This document shows, piece by piece, positions 13,401-27,600 of a stretch of 64,000 bases of DNA (position 1 is the first letter of the stretch; each line of letters opens with the position of its first letter). A program made the translations under genes and the position numbers. The notes under the pieces are model-generated. The model searched no databases, was not told the DNA's origin, and was given only the letters and a program-made list of their open reading frames with translations. Location of the stretch: the NCBI GenBank assembly GCA_053919585.1, contig CM132784.1; one strand, written 5' to 3'. Origin of the DNA: Euprymna scolopes. Taxonomy: Eukaryota.

Positions 13401-16400
13401 AGCAAGATTCGTTAAGGCATTTGTTGAAAAGTTAGGAGAGAACTAGAGCAACCTTAGTGGACAATTTTTTAATAGCACGGCCAGGATGAGATCGGGTCCA
13501 CATGTTTTTGAAGTGTCTAGGTGTCTTTTTATGATATGCACCTGAAAAAGGGTGATTTTCAGATTATCAAGTATGTCATCTGTCTGCAAAGGAAAGCCAG
13601 GGAGAAAATGATATGCTGGATCAAAAGTGGAGTTTGATGCAAACCGACTGACAGGCATGTTATTCTTCTCAGTTGCTGTGCAAACAACCTCATGATTGTT
13701 GAAGTTGGGTGAACAAGAAATAATTATGGATTGCCGATTATTACACTGTTGTAGATTTTCCAAAAATCACGGGTTCCTAATTCCTATGCCTTGATGCATT
13801 TTCTGGTGGTTTCGGTTTATTCTCTTTTAGCTGTCGTGATTTCTTTCTTACAATTATATAAAGCTAGAAACAAATGAGTTGAGCGAACAAGAAATATGGC
13901 GTTGTAAAGAGCAAAACTGAGAAGTTTTAATAGAAATAGGATACTTTCACTCCAGACAATGCCAAGTAGCCCTGCTAGTTAAAGTGTAAAAGCGGACACT
14001 CATGACAATCGTGGTTGCCTCGTGTTTTCACAAAAACAAAATAAAGACAAGAAATTTGCAGATGATTTGTCATCAAGAAAATAGAGAATCAACTCACGTG
14101 AAACAATGGAGGAGAGATTTACAGCTACAGGGTCAGGACTAGAAGAGCTGCTGTTATTGTTGGTGGTGGTGTTGGGCAGATTCGGCTGAGGACATCTGGG
14201 TGTGCCATCAGGGGTGGTTTGAGATGAGGGTGAAAGTTGTTTATCCCCACTTTTGCTGCCATTCGGAGGAGAAACAGGTGAGAGACTGGCATTCTTCTCT
14301 TGTAAAGATTTTCGTAATGGCTGAACAATCGCACTGATTGGATTTTTAGTTTTCTTTTCTGAAAAAAAAACAAACAAAAAAAAAAAACCGGATAGAATGT
14401 AGTTAAATGGGGGGGGGGCATTCTCAACAAAGTTCTGCTTTATGATTTTAATTCAATTTGCTGTTTGAATCTGGGTGAGATTTTTGCCGTTACAAACTTT
14501 TGTTTAACTTGATGCAATTTCAAGTGGATAGATAAAAACTTGGTTCCCATCTTGAATCAACAATTTCATCTTTTGTTGGACAAATTAAAAATACTAAAGG
14601 GGGTTTCACTCAACAGAGGAAGGAGATATTAAGAACTACATCTTTAAGAACCAATCCAAGTATATTTCTGATTGTATTTAAAGAGAAGGACCATGCTACA
14701 TAAAAACCTTGACACTTCAAAAGCATGTGGACCCGATCTCATCCCGGCTGTGCTATTAAAAAAGTGCTCAGCCGAAGTAGCTGCAGTTTTCTCCAAACTC
14801 TACAGCAAATGCCTTAATGAATCTTGCTTTCCAGGCTGTTGGAGGACCAGTATTCAAGAATTCTGGCGAAAGAACTGACCCATTAAATTAAATTATCGCC
14901 CCATTAGCCTCCTCCCACTTTTTGCCAAAATATTTGAGACCTTAATTAACCATGCTCTAGTCCATCACCTTACAGATGCTAAACTTCTGACTGACAAACA
15001 ATATGGATTTAGACAAGCCCGTTCCACAGCAGACATCCTAACTAATCTCTGAACGTATATACCATTCACTGGACAAAGCAGGAGAGGGCAGAGCGGTAGC
15101 TCTAGATATATCTAAGGCTTTTGACAGGGTATGGCATGAGGGTCTCCTTAGTAAAATCAGATCATACGGTATCACTGGTAGAATACTTAACATAATTAAA
15201 TCCTTCTTAGATAAGAGAAAAATCCAGGTTGTTCTCGACGGTCGTACATCTAAACTAGGCACCGCCAAAACTGTGTGTGTGGGGGGGGGGGGGGCAGGTC
15301 AGTACTTTTTGACGGACCGTCTTTTTAAAAATCTACCAAAAATCAGGTAATTATCTGATCAATACGAAATTTTCAGCGATTATTAGGAGAAGAATGAACT
15401 TTATAACAGTGTACTTATTTTTCATAAACGATATTTATATATATATATTTTTTTGCTTACAAAACCCCCCCTTGTTTTGAAGTGGGAACAAATATGCTTA
15501 AAATAATCATCTGAAACTGAACACAACATATTGTGTTGTTATAAGGGACAGAATTATAGATTAAAAAAAAAAAAATTGTTTGCATACCTTATTTTGACGT
15601 CTGAATATCAGAACTTCGATTGTGTTTAATTATCCCGCTTTTGAGTTTTGAAGTGTGAAATTCGGTGAATATGTTAAGTAAAATAATTAATTTAAGTTAA
15701 ACAAAACAAAAAAAAATTTTTTTTAATATTTATGCGAAAAAAGCCATTTTAAAATTTTTGATAAATAAATTAATTTTTTTTTAGCGAGCCGAATAATGCA
15801 TGACCATTATTAAACAGGGCATGCTTTGAATAATCGATATAAAAAAAAAATTCGATAAATATTGTGCCCTTTGTATTAAAAATAGAATCATTTTTTTCGA
15901 TCCCATTTGAAAACGTTTGCCGCCTTTCGACTACGGTGGACCAAACGCGCTGAAATAATTTTTTTTTATTCTGCTTTAAATTGCCCCCCCCCCATTTTGG
16001 GGAGCCTGGCCCCCACACGCATACACATTAAAAACCAAACTCATACAAATGGTCACCCATCTGGTACTGGCCAGCCTCAGCTTAATAATACATTGAAATT
16101 TTCGTCACTGAAAAATAAGTTTTTTTGGCCTGTTTGGTCTTCCATAGTTTTCTTCTTATCAAACGTAAACAGTGTCGCTCTAGACTCTAGATCGACGCGA
16201 AATATCTGGTTACCTATATGAATAAGTGGAATTATTTGAAATTCAGGTATTTATATTATAATATTTTTGCATATTCTCTTAGAAAATCATCCTAAATCTT
16301 AGTTAGACAATAAATGAATAAATTAATTATTTCAAAAACCTTTTTTTTTTTTTAATATTTATGTACGTTTTTTGTGCAAGACAAAAAATGTCAATTGTTA

Positions 16401-19400
16401 ACTTTTGGGGAAAATTTAACATTTAAAATTTAATTAAAAATAGTAGAAAAAGTTTTACATTATTCTGATTTCTATATGATAAAATTCAGGGTTTTATCTT
16501 TCTGGAAAAAAAAAAGTTACTCAGAAATAATGGATTTTAATAAATGTAATTTCGTTTTAAAAAACAACAACTTGATTTTGCGGCCATTTTTGGCAGTGCC
16601 TAATCTAAACAATATGATATAAATGCGGGAGTGTCCCAGGGGTCTATCCTTGGACCTCTACTGTTCCTGATATTCATAAATGACCTCCCCGACAAAATTG
16701 CCTCTTAGATGGGTATATATGCTGATGACACCACACTCTATAACAGGCACTACAGGAAACAAATGAACATATATCTAAAGAAATGGCAGAAACACTAGAG
16801 ATTGACCTCCAATTAGTAGTGGAATGGGGACAAAAATGGATAGTCACGTTCAATGCCGCCAAGACTAAACTAGTTTCATTCAATAATTACAAGAAAGCTT
16901 CTCTACCACCTATAGCAATGGCCAACGACTCTTTAGCTGAGAGTACGTCTTTCAAACTCCTTGGCCTAACGTTCACAGGAAACATGAGTCGGAACAATTA
17001 CATCGAGGACATTTCCAGGGCCGCTTCAAGGAAGGTGGGCTCTCTCTACCGTGCTAGAAAACTACTAACACCCGAAAGTATCCTGTACCTCTATAAGGCA
17101 ACCATTCGCTCATGTATGGAGTATTGCTGTCATATTTGGGCTGGTGCATTGGCTACTAGTCTCTCGCTCCTTGACAAGGTTCAAAAGAGAGTCGCAAATC
17201 TGATAGGCCCTAAACTGGCATCTAAGCTTCAGCCTCTGTCCCATCGACGAAACGTTGCATCCCTCTGCTTGTTCTACAAGTATTTTAATGGTGAATGCTC
17301 TGATGAACTGCAAGCACTTGTGCCCCCACGACGTGAACACCCTCGACAGACCCGACAAGCTGCAAAATCCCACCCCCACACTGTAGAGATCCCTAGATGT
17401 AAAAGATCTTTCTACTCCAGTAGTTTCTTCCCCAGAACCGCTAGACTTTGAAATTCCATTCCAGGTCACTGCTTCCCCAACTGTACCGACATGCAGAAGT
17501 TCAAGTGCAACGTGAACCAACATCTTGCTGCCCAAATCCCTACATAGTACCCCAGTAGTTGTTTCCCCTGATAGTAGCCCCCTACACCAAAGTGGCAATG
17601 TGCCTTGCTTGGGGTGAAAATGTAATTCAAAAAAAAAAAAAAAAAAAAAATTCTAAGATTTTTTTTTTTTTTTCAAATTTTGGTGTTTGTCCAGAATTTT
17701 CCCCTATATGAAAATATAAAAATAAGGAAAAATCTGTATGGTGTACATACCTATGATGGAAAAATATATTCCAAAAACCATTGAAATTGATTGAACAGCT
17801 ATTTTTGAAGAAAATTAAATTTTCGGGCTAAATAAAGTGATAGTATTGCAATGCCATCTTGAAAACATTCTGAAGGAACAAGGAAGATAATTCTAAATAA
17901 TTAAAACATGCAAAATTTTAAAATGCCATTCTTAACAGAGGGGGAGAGCATTGGGAAACTCAAATTTGTGCAAAAACGATTTTCTTCATAGAAGTAAAAC
18001 TACGTTACTAATTCACCTGATTTTTAGAATACAATATTATCTTTCCATCACAATTATGTACATCATATTTTTTTGTTTTGTTTTTTTTTCAAAGTTCTGG
18101 ATGTGCACCAAGTTTGTTTTTTTTATATATTAATAAGTTACCGCTTACAGAGGCCAAAATCCATTCAAGGATAAATGGGTAAACGAGAATATCAATTGGA
18201 CGACAAAACATCAGAAAGAATTGATGAAGATGGCCACAATGGACAAAATTTGACTATTTGAGGACAGCTTGATAAATATTTGTTGACCTTGAACTTGAAG
18301 ACAATCATATTGTAATCTTCAGGAAAGCAGTTCACAAATGGAAAGCCTTTGGAAAGAAACTGTCCATGGTTAAATTTGATTTATGTAAAAAGCTAAATAT
18401 AAAAGGATTAAGATTTTTATATTTAGACAAGAGAAAAAATTTTTTTAACTTTATAAAATATTTTATTTTTAAATAGTACAGCAGCACTTGCAAGGTTCTA
18501 ATCAATGTGGATCTATATTGTTGATTTATTATAGACAAACCAATAAAATCTCTAAGAATTAAGAGTACCAAGGAGATTACACAGGATATTTAAAAAAAAT
18601 ATCAAAGTGGTTTCCCTTGAGAGAAATTTCTTTTACTTACCAAAGTGTCTTTCACGTGAAGAAGGTGGAGGCGGCGGTGGTGGGGGTGGTGGTATAGGCG
18701 CCGTTTCTCGTTCAGAATGGTTAAAAGTACTGGCGGTGATCTCTGAGAAACGGGCTTGGATATGTTCCAACATTTCCTCCGTTGAAGAAACGAGCAACAG
18801 GCTTTTCTTTGAACCTTTCCGACGGTTCTTGGAGCTCGGCTCATGAGGAGGCATATGAAAGGCAGCTGGCATTCCTTCTAGCCAACTGTGATTATCAGGA
18901 GCTGCCAGGTTATCTAGTCAAATAGAGATTTCGTTTTTAATTTTTACAAGCAAATACAATATCGGATTTGGGAACGTATAATTAAACGCATATTCACATC
19001 TGTACATCTAATGCTATCGACTTTCATTTGAAAAAAAAAAAATATTGCATTTTATCTTTTGCAATTGTCACAAACAAAAACGCAAGCGAAAATTAACTCG
19101 TGTCTGTAATTATAAGACACTTCAAGATTTCCACCATACATTTCCAAAAGTAATGCCTCCTATTCTTTTATTCCACCCGAATGGATCAGTGGAGATTACA
19201 AATTGCATTGTTATGATGTCTTAGCTTATGCATTCATGACTCATTTCATCACTCTGTTGCAAATATTGACAGTGTGAAAATAAGAAAGCAATCCCTATCA
19301 TGGATGTGCATTAGAAGCAGAGATCGTTCATTAAATTCCTGGGAAAAAATTACATCGAAAATGGTGATGATTATGTACAAACAAATTCTGGAGCACAAAA

Positions 19401-21648
19401 GATCGTTTGTTTTTAATATCATCCAAATTTTTGTAGTTCTTTAAATAAATTTAAAAAAATAGGAGGCTTTAATTTTGGAACAAACGTCATCGTAACGTAT
19501 GATGCCACAATATTAGTTTTAAAGATTATACTTTGCTTCTTGTTATCCTCATACTTTTATTGAAAATATTGAATTATGATTTTTAAATAAAAAAGCAACA
19601 TTTGTTTTATTTTAAAAATATTCAACCTTTACAGACATTTGATTTTAAGATAAAATATTAACAGTAACTTAAATAGACTGATGAAGAAAGCAGTTGTAAA
19701 ACTTCAAAATTTTAAATACAAGTTGTTTTTTTATCTTATGTATTTTAGTTTCTTTGTAAACCAGTCAGCCATTTTAATTTTTAATAGTAAAAAATTAAAA
19801 CTTTTAGAAGTGTTTGAAAAAGTCATTTCAAATTTTTTTAGCAAATTCTCATTCAGAGAAAAATAAATATACATACATAGGTATAGAGAGAAAACAACAT
19901 TTTTTTTGTTTTTGTTTTGTAGCAAAATGGCATAAAATCTATCAAAAAAACTTTATTTTAAGAGTTTGTGTAAAAAAAAGAAAAAAAGTCACCTTTACTA
20001 TTCATCGTCGGCATGTTCACGGCAGAGTTGTGTGGCCAGTTTCCATCGTTTGTGTTTGAACGATCACCCAATAATTGAAACAGCAATGTTGTGTCATCCT
20101 GTTCAACGCTATAAAGAAAAGTCATTCATGTATGATGTTTGTATACTTTTGAGATGAGGATTGATAATTATTTTTTGTATTTGGATTGTTTGGACTATTG
20201 ATCTCATGTTGGTTGTGTTTCTCATGTTTTGGCTGATGTAACCTCCGTCTTTAAATGCACCTGAAAACAATCGGAGGTTACATTGGTCAAAATGCAAGAA
20301 AAACAATCAACATGAGAACAATAGTCTGAACAATCCAAATAATACAATTTGAGTTTTCTGTTAAGCAAATGAATTTCTTTTTCATTTATGTAAAAAAAAA
20401 TTTTATGAAAAAATAAAGTCTTTTACTTTTTATGGGGGAGAGCCTCTGTTTGTTCATCTGTCACACCAAATCCAACACATTGAACAAATGCCTCTTGAGA
20501 GTGGATCTGTTTATGTTTTCTCAGTTTTAAATATAACCAGATGATAAGAGAAGACATTTTTTTTAAATATCAAGTTGGTGCATAATTATTGCAGCTGATT
20601 TTACAATAAATTCTGTTCAACAAAAATAAGGATTGTTTAAATTTTTTCATAAAAATTCTCTTTCCAATTAAAGTTTGAAAATTAGTGTTGGAACAACAAA
20701 TCGAAATTGTAAAAATCAGAACTTTTGAGGTTTCTGGATTGGCATCAGGGAAAAAAATGTACTTATTTTCCAATGCTAAAATTGGATTCTTTTTTATTTT
20801 CTTTTATTTAAAACATTTTCTATTTCTGGTATTAATGATAAAATAAGCACTTATTGATTTTAAACAACTAGTAAAAGTTAAATATATAGACTGCCCTCCC
20901 CCACTCGCATGTATTCTTACGGTTGCAAAAATATTACAGATTTTCATGGTAATCTGAAAATTAAATATAAAAAGCAACTCTATAGCTAAATATTTAGAGA
21001 TTTTTGAAGAATTTGTAGAACAGAATTGATATTTGTATTAAAATCTGGAAGAACGTTTGGAATCGTCTCATCACTAATGTAGACGTGAAGTGAACAACAT
21101 GTGATGATGACTGCAAGTTTCACAAATTACATTCACTCGTGCAGCACTGCATGAACTTCACATCTCAGGCAAATCAGTCTCCATCACTTTTTTTTTTTTT
21201 TTTTTTTTTTACATGGAGATCACCACTTATCAAGGCCCGTAAGCCACTCGGGGATAAGGGTTATTTTGTGTACAATAATCAACGGGATAATATCGTAGTA
21301 ATAGTTGGTATTGGAGATTTGATAAAGCGTCTTACTTAAGGGCGTGATTAATCAGGAATTTGTTTATGTTGGACTTGAAGACGTCCAAGTTGTAATCAGG
21401 TGGGAAACAGGCAAACGGAAGAGAATTCCACAGGCGTGCACTTCTCAGAAAAAAGCTATGTTCATGGAATCTATGTTTTGATTTAGGCACAGATAAAGAG
21501 TGGGGGAAATTACTGACAGTGGTATGTTAATATCACATGTAACCATACTAGTAGATCTACCCAACATTTTTGTATTCAATATATTGAACATAACTTGTAA
21601 AGCTTAGGAAATGTATACCCCCCCCCATCATTCCGATGGTCTAGGAGT

Positions 21649-21692
<44 letters not shown>

Positions 21693-24600
21693 TTAAAATT
21701 ACATTTTCACCCCAAACAAGGCACAGTGCCACTTTGATGTAGAGAGCTACTATCAGGGACATAAGTTGCAGAGATACTATGTAGGGAGTTGAGCAGCAAG
21801 ATTTCTTCACATTACACTTGAATTTTTGCATGTCAATACAGCTGCAGAAGCAGGAACCGGAAGGGAATTCCAAAGTCTAGCAGTTCTGGGGAAGAAGCTA
21901 TTTGAGTACAACTCAAGTTAAATAATACACACAGAAAGCAGTTGTGCACCCTCGACGTAAATATCTCTGAATAACCCAACAAGCAGTAAAATCCCACCCC
22001 TACACTAATGATTTATAGATGCCCGAAATCCTTAGATAAACAGTTTCTATCCTCAAACTGCTAGACTTTGAAATTCCCTACTTCCATGACTGTACTGACA
22101 TGCAGAAATTCAAGTGTAACGTGAACAGACATCTTGTAAATTTTGTCCCAAATAGTAGCCCCTTACATCAAAATGGTACTGTGCTTTGTTTGGGATGAAA
22201 TAAAGATTAAAAAAAAAAAAATTCTAACAATTGAAAAATAAAATCATTTTAGAAAAAAATTTGATGCATTTAAAACTTGACAATTTCTGATGATTCAAAA
22301 TGACACATTTCACAATTTATTTAAAAAAAAAATTGTGATGGACAAAATCTTATACAAGATGAAAATAATCTCCCACTTTCAGAACGTATACCAAAAATCG
22401 CATCCACATTCGTTACATTATGTTCTACCACTTTGAAAAATGGCGGAATGAAGCACGATTTTACGATCTTAATACCCTTTTTGGTAAAGAAACAATAAAT
22501 GCAAGATGATTTATAAGTTCAAATCTGGCGATACAAACTTCAAAGACAAAGAGGCAAAATCCCAAATTTTAACGATGTTTGGCAGCCAGGGAAGATAAAA
22601 CATTATCTGAAGACTTCAATATCCATTATTCATCTCAAGAGACTTGATATAGCATAGAAATTGGCTAGCTGGGTTCACCTTGAACTCTTTGTTAAAACCT
22701 ATCCTGCCTTGACAGAGTACAAAATAGGCTTTGTGACTTAGTGGGGGATGCCCTTTTCTCTTTCCTGCAACCTCTCTCCCACAGAAGAGACGTTGCAAGC
22801 CTATCTTTGTTTTATCGTTATTTCCATGGAAGGTACTCGTCTGAACTCCAATCTCTGGTCCCTCTTCGCCAATCTTTTACAAAAAACACCCGTCTAGCTG
22901 AATCTACTGTCAAAAACTTTCCCCACTCTTTATCTATGCCGAAATCAAAACATAGATTCCATGAACAACGCTTCTTTCTTAGAACTGCACGCCTGTGGAA
23001 CTGTTCCGTCTGCCTGCTTCACACATGACTACAACCTGGATGTCTTCAAGTCCAACGTAAACAAATTCCTGATGAACCGCCCCCTTAAGTAGACACTTTA
23101 TTAAATCTCCACACTAACGTACTGAACTTACAATAACCCTTATCCCTGAGTGGCTTCCGGGCCTTGATAAGTGGCGACCACCTTGTAAAAAAAAAAAAAA
23201 ATTAAAAAACGAACGTGTCCAAATTTTTAGGACAAAGAATTATCACAAACGTCATTTTATCTTTTTATTTTTTTCTATTGTCCATACGGTTTCTATTCAA
23301 TTTTTAAAGACGTTTTTTGTTGAATGTTTAATGGTTCTCTTCAGGTGTTCAGATTTAAATACACAAAAAAGATTAGCGTATGTGATACACAACATCGAAT
23401 ATGGAGAGAAAAAAATAAAAAAAATAAAAAAATGCATCTGAAAGAAATACTTGTCGATAAATCAAATGAGAAGTCCCGGAACTTACCTGCCGTCCCCAAC
23501 ACTGTGGCAAGATGGTTGACATTTGCCGCTACCAGAGGCAGTTAGAGATTCCATTTCATTATCTCCAACATCATTATCAACTGACCTAAGATGATAAAAA
23601 AAATTCTAATAAATAAAAGGTACCACACATCTGTGAGAGTTCATTCCCTTTGGACTCCAAAATGTCTAGGCCAACATTTTAAAATTTCATTCAAATGCAC
23701 TTATATAAAATCAACAGTAGATTCCCCACAGTGCAATGTAGACGACAATTTACTGTGGACTAAGTCACTGTGGGGAGGCATTAGAAGCTTTCTCCCGATG
23801 TACCATAGTGAGTTCCAGATTAGAGCAGACAATGAATTTGATTGAAAATAAAACAATTTCACAGATTTCAATGACAAGAAAAGCATTGGAAGTGTGGAAC
23901 ATTCATCCTTGTTAATATATTATAGTCATAAAAACTTATTTGTTCGAATATTAAATGACGGTGTAAAGAAAAAAAAATGTTACCTTGTAGAGATATTACT
24001 TCTCATAACCATCACCAAAACAGGTTTTGCGAATGTGTAGACAAATAATGTTTGCATAAATAGAAATCTTTATAACCATTCAACAGTTGCAATTATGAAA
24101 CAGCCAGGTGAAAGCCAAGGAAAATATGGAAGGAAGTGATTAGTGAACTTGAGAGAAAGAGGGAAAAATAAGACCTGGACAGAGATAGATCAGTTTGGAA
24201 GTGAATTTCTAAAACCTGTTCAACACATAACAGCATGTAAAGCAGACAGTAAACCAAATGTAATGATGATGGTGATGGTGATGATGATGACTGTAAATGT
24301 AATATACTGAATGTACAAGAAAACATGGCTATGGAAGGTGGAACGTTATGAAACGTCGATGTGTGCAGATAGATAGGCAGGCAATGATAAATATATGCCT
24401 GCAGGTTGGGAAAATAATGTGAGATAGTGGATTTTAATGCTTCTTCGTTATTAGATCAAAATTTGAAATATTGAATTTCAATTAAAACCAGTGTATTTAC
24501 TTAATTTTTATGTCGCAATGATTAAAATATCTAAAAATTATGAAAAATGATAAGGTAATGAAACTAGTTTTTGAAGACAATTAGTGAAAATTGAGTTTTG

Positions 24601-27600
24601 CTAAAGAGATAAACAGAAGAGTTTGTATCATGACAAGGGAGATAATCATTTTCTGAAAACCGAAAATCTTAGGCCAATTTAACAAAACTCAGTTTTTGCT
24701 AATTGTCTTCGAAAACTGTTTCCATGAATGATTAATTTTCTATTTTAATTTTATTTTTGGATATGTTCATTACTGGGACATAAGTAGATACTATTAGTTT
24801 GACTTTACATTCAATGTTTTGATTTTTGCTCAAATAACTAAGAAGCACCTGGATTTTACTCAAGTTTGCTGTTGATGATGCCAATAGGAATGAAGATAGA
24901 AAAAATAGATTGCAGCAATCTGGTCAAAGACAAACATAACATTAAAACTCCGTCGAGATCATTAAAACTGCCAACCACCTTTCATTTGTCTTCTCTCACA
25001 AAAATTTAAAGTATCACTTTTTTTAGAAAGCTGTATAAAATGTGTTCTTGCTGACCATACATGTTACGGTTGCTTAGAATATTCCAAGAAGCATAAAAAC
25101 TTGAGACATTATAAATGAGCAGGTTGAACAGCAAAAAGGTGGAGGAAGGAGAATGGGAGGTTGTTGCTGACAAAAACACTTACATTGTCTCTTCATCAAT
25201 ATCATTCTCATCATTGCTGTACGTGATGTTTTCGTAAGGAATCTCATCTGTGGTGTCATCCAATTCTTCTATTTCACTTAAGACCTGAGGATAAAAAAAA
25301 AAAAAAATCAGATTTAAACGATTATTCAAAATTACTTTGTGGTTTGATTGTTCTGTTTTATGGCATATCAACCCTTTTCAGGTTATTTAACGCCAAATCC
25401 AGTAGTTCTCGTAATTTTTTTATGCTTCAAATATTTATCCATGGTGTTTGGTTTGGTTTGGTTGAAGAAAGTTGTTTTTGACTTTCCAGCTGACTACAAT
25501 ATGGTCGTCTTCAAGTCCAATGTAAACAAGTTCTTGATGAGCTGTCCCTTTAAGTAATCCAATTTACCAAATTTCCACGGCTAAAAATTGCTACACTATT
25601 GTCCCAATGACTACTGCACACTCATTAACCCTTATCCTCGAGTGGCCTATGGGCCTTGATAAAAGGCGATTCTTTTGTGAAGGAAAAAACAAAAATGGTT
25701 ACTCAATGTAAAATCCAGTAATTTTGGTAAAATGTTTTTATGCTTCAACTTTATAATATCTTCAAATATTTATCCATGGTGTTTGGTTTGGTTGTTTTAT
25801 AGAAGAAAGCTGTTGTTTTTTTTTTGACTTTGCAGAACATGATAAAGTTTTGCAAAAAGAAAAGGAAAAATTATCAATGTTTAGTGTATTTTAAGTCAGG
25901 AAGCCAATATCCTCAGACAACCTGATCTGATACCACCAGACCAGTTTGTGGATCATCACATGTGCAACAATATAGTGCGGACGAAGGAGTAACTTTATGG
26001 GTACATTAGCAGTTCAGCCAGACTTTGCTCGGGTCCTACGTACTGTTCATAACTTTCCCTACGTGTGAATACACTTTATGTAAGATTTCAAATGTTTAGA
26101 CCAAAATTTGTCTGAGTAATTTCGTAAAGACTGCAGAGGTCAATTTTTTTTTTTAATTTGGACCCATATTTTGACCCCTTAACATTTATTATTTTGATCT
26201 CACATCAAATACAAATTTTTACCTAATAATTTGGTAGAGACCACAGAGGTCAATTTTTTTAAACTTTGACCTCTATTATGACCCCTTAACATTTATTGTT
26301 TTGGGCTCAACTCAAGTTATTAAGTTAGATCCATGTCCAAGGAACCTATATCTAAAGTTTCAAGTGTTTAGACCCAAAATTGGCGGAGGAGTTTGGTAGA
26401 GTTCTCAAAGGTCAAATCGTTGAACTTTGACCCCTTAACAGCCAAATTTCTATCTGAAAACCGATTACAAAAATTTTCCCAAATCTCACTACCCTGTATA
26501 TCAAATTTCGAGTCTAGACTGAAAGTTGAAGTTATTGTGTAGGGAAATGTGCAGACTCACAGACAGACACTTTCACTTTTAGAGATATATAGATAGAGTT
26601 ATTTTTTTTCGGGGAGGGAGGGATGATTCTGTTCCTCTAAAAATGACTTATCTTTTATCGGTTCACAATTTCATAAAAATTTGTTTTTTTTGCTTTTTTT
26701 ATTACTATTGCTTCACACTTCACACTTGGAATTTTCATTTAAATAAATTTTCATTTAAATAAATTTTCATTTAAATAAATTTTAATCATTTGATAAACGT
26801 TGCCTTGCATGATTTAGATTATTCCCATCTTCACGTTTCAGCCGATGTAACCTCTGACCTTCAGGTGTATTTTGTCAAACTCTAGAATTTGTACAGAATT
26901 TCAAATGGAACCTTTTTTAATCTGGGGGGGGGGGGTTAGCATGCTCTTGTTTTATCAACCATCCATAACCAGGACAAAATTTACATAATTCACTATCCTA
27001 TTAGTATCATCCGTCGTTACTGTGTAAGGGTGGAATTTTGCTGATTGTCGGAGGTATTTACATTGAGGGGGTACAAGGGCTTGTAGTTGGATTGTTCAAT
27101 GATTTCTTCAAAACTCATGGAATCGATTGGAATAAAATTGATTCTTTCTGCGTGGATGAGGCGTCTTCGGTGTAAAGATGCGAGCCCACCTTCTTCGCAG
27201 CGGCCCTGGCAATGCTCTCAATGTATCTGTTCCAACTTATGGTCCCTGTGAACGTTAAGCTGAGGAGTTTAAAAGAAATACTTTCAGGTAATGTACCTGT
27301 AGCCATAGCTATTGGTGGCAGAGAAGGTTTCTTGTAATTATTGAAGGAAACCAGTTTAGTCTTGGCAACATTGAATGTGACCATCCATTTTTGTCCCCAT
27401 TCTACTACAGATTGGAGGTCATCCTCTAGTGTTTTTGCCATTTCTTTAGATATGTGTTCATATCCCCCCCCCTCGTGCTTGTTATACAGCGTAGTATTGT
27501 CAGCAAATATACTCATCTCGGAGACAATTTTATCAGGGAAGTCATTTATGAATATTAGGAATAATAAAGGTTCAAGGATCAACTCCTGAGGTACTCCCGC

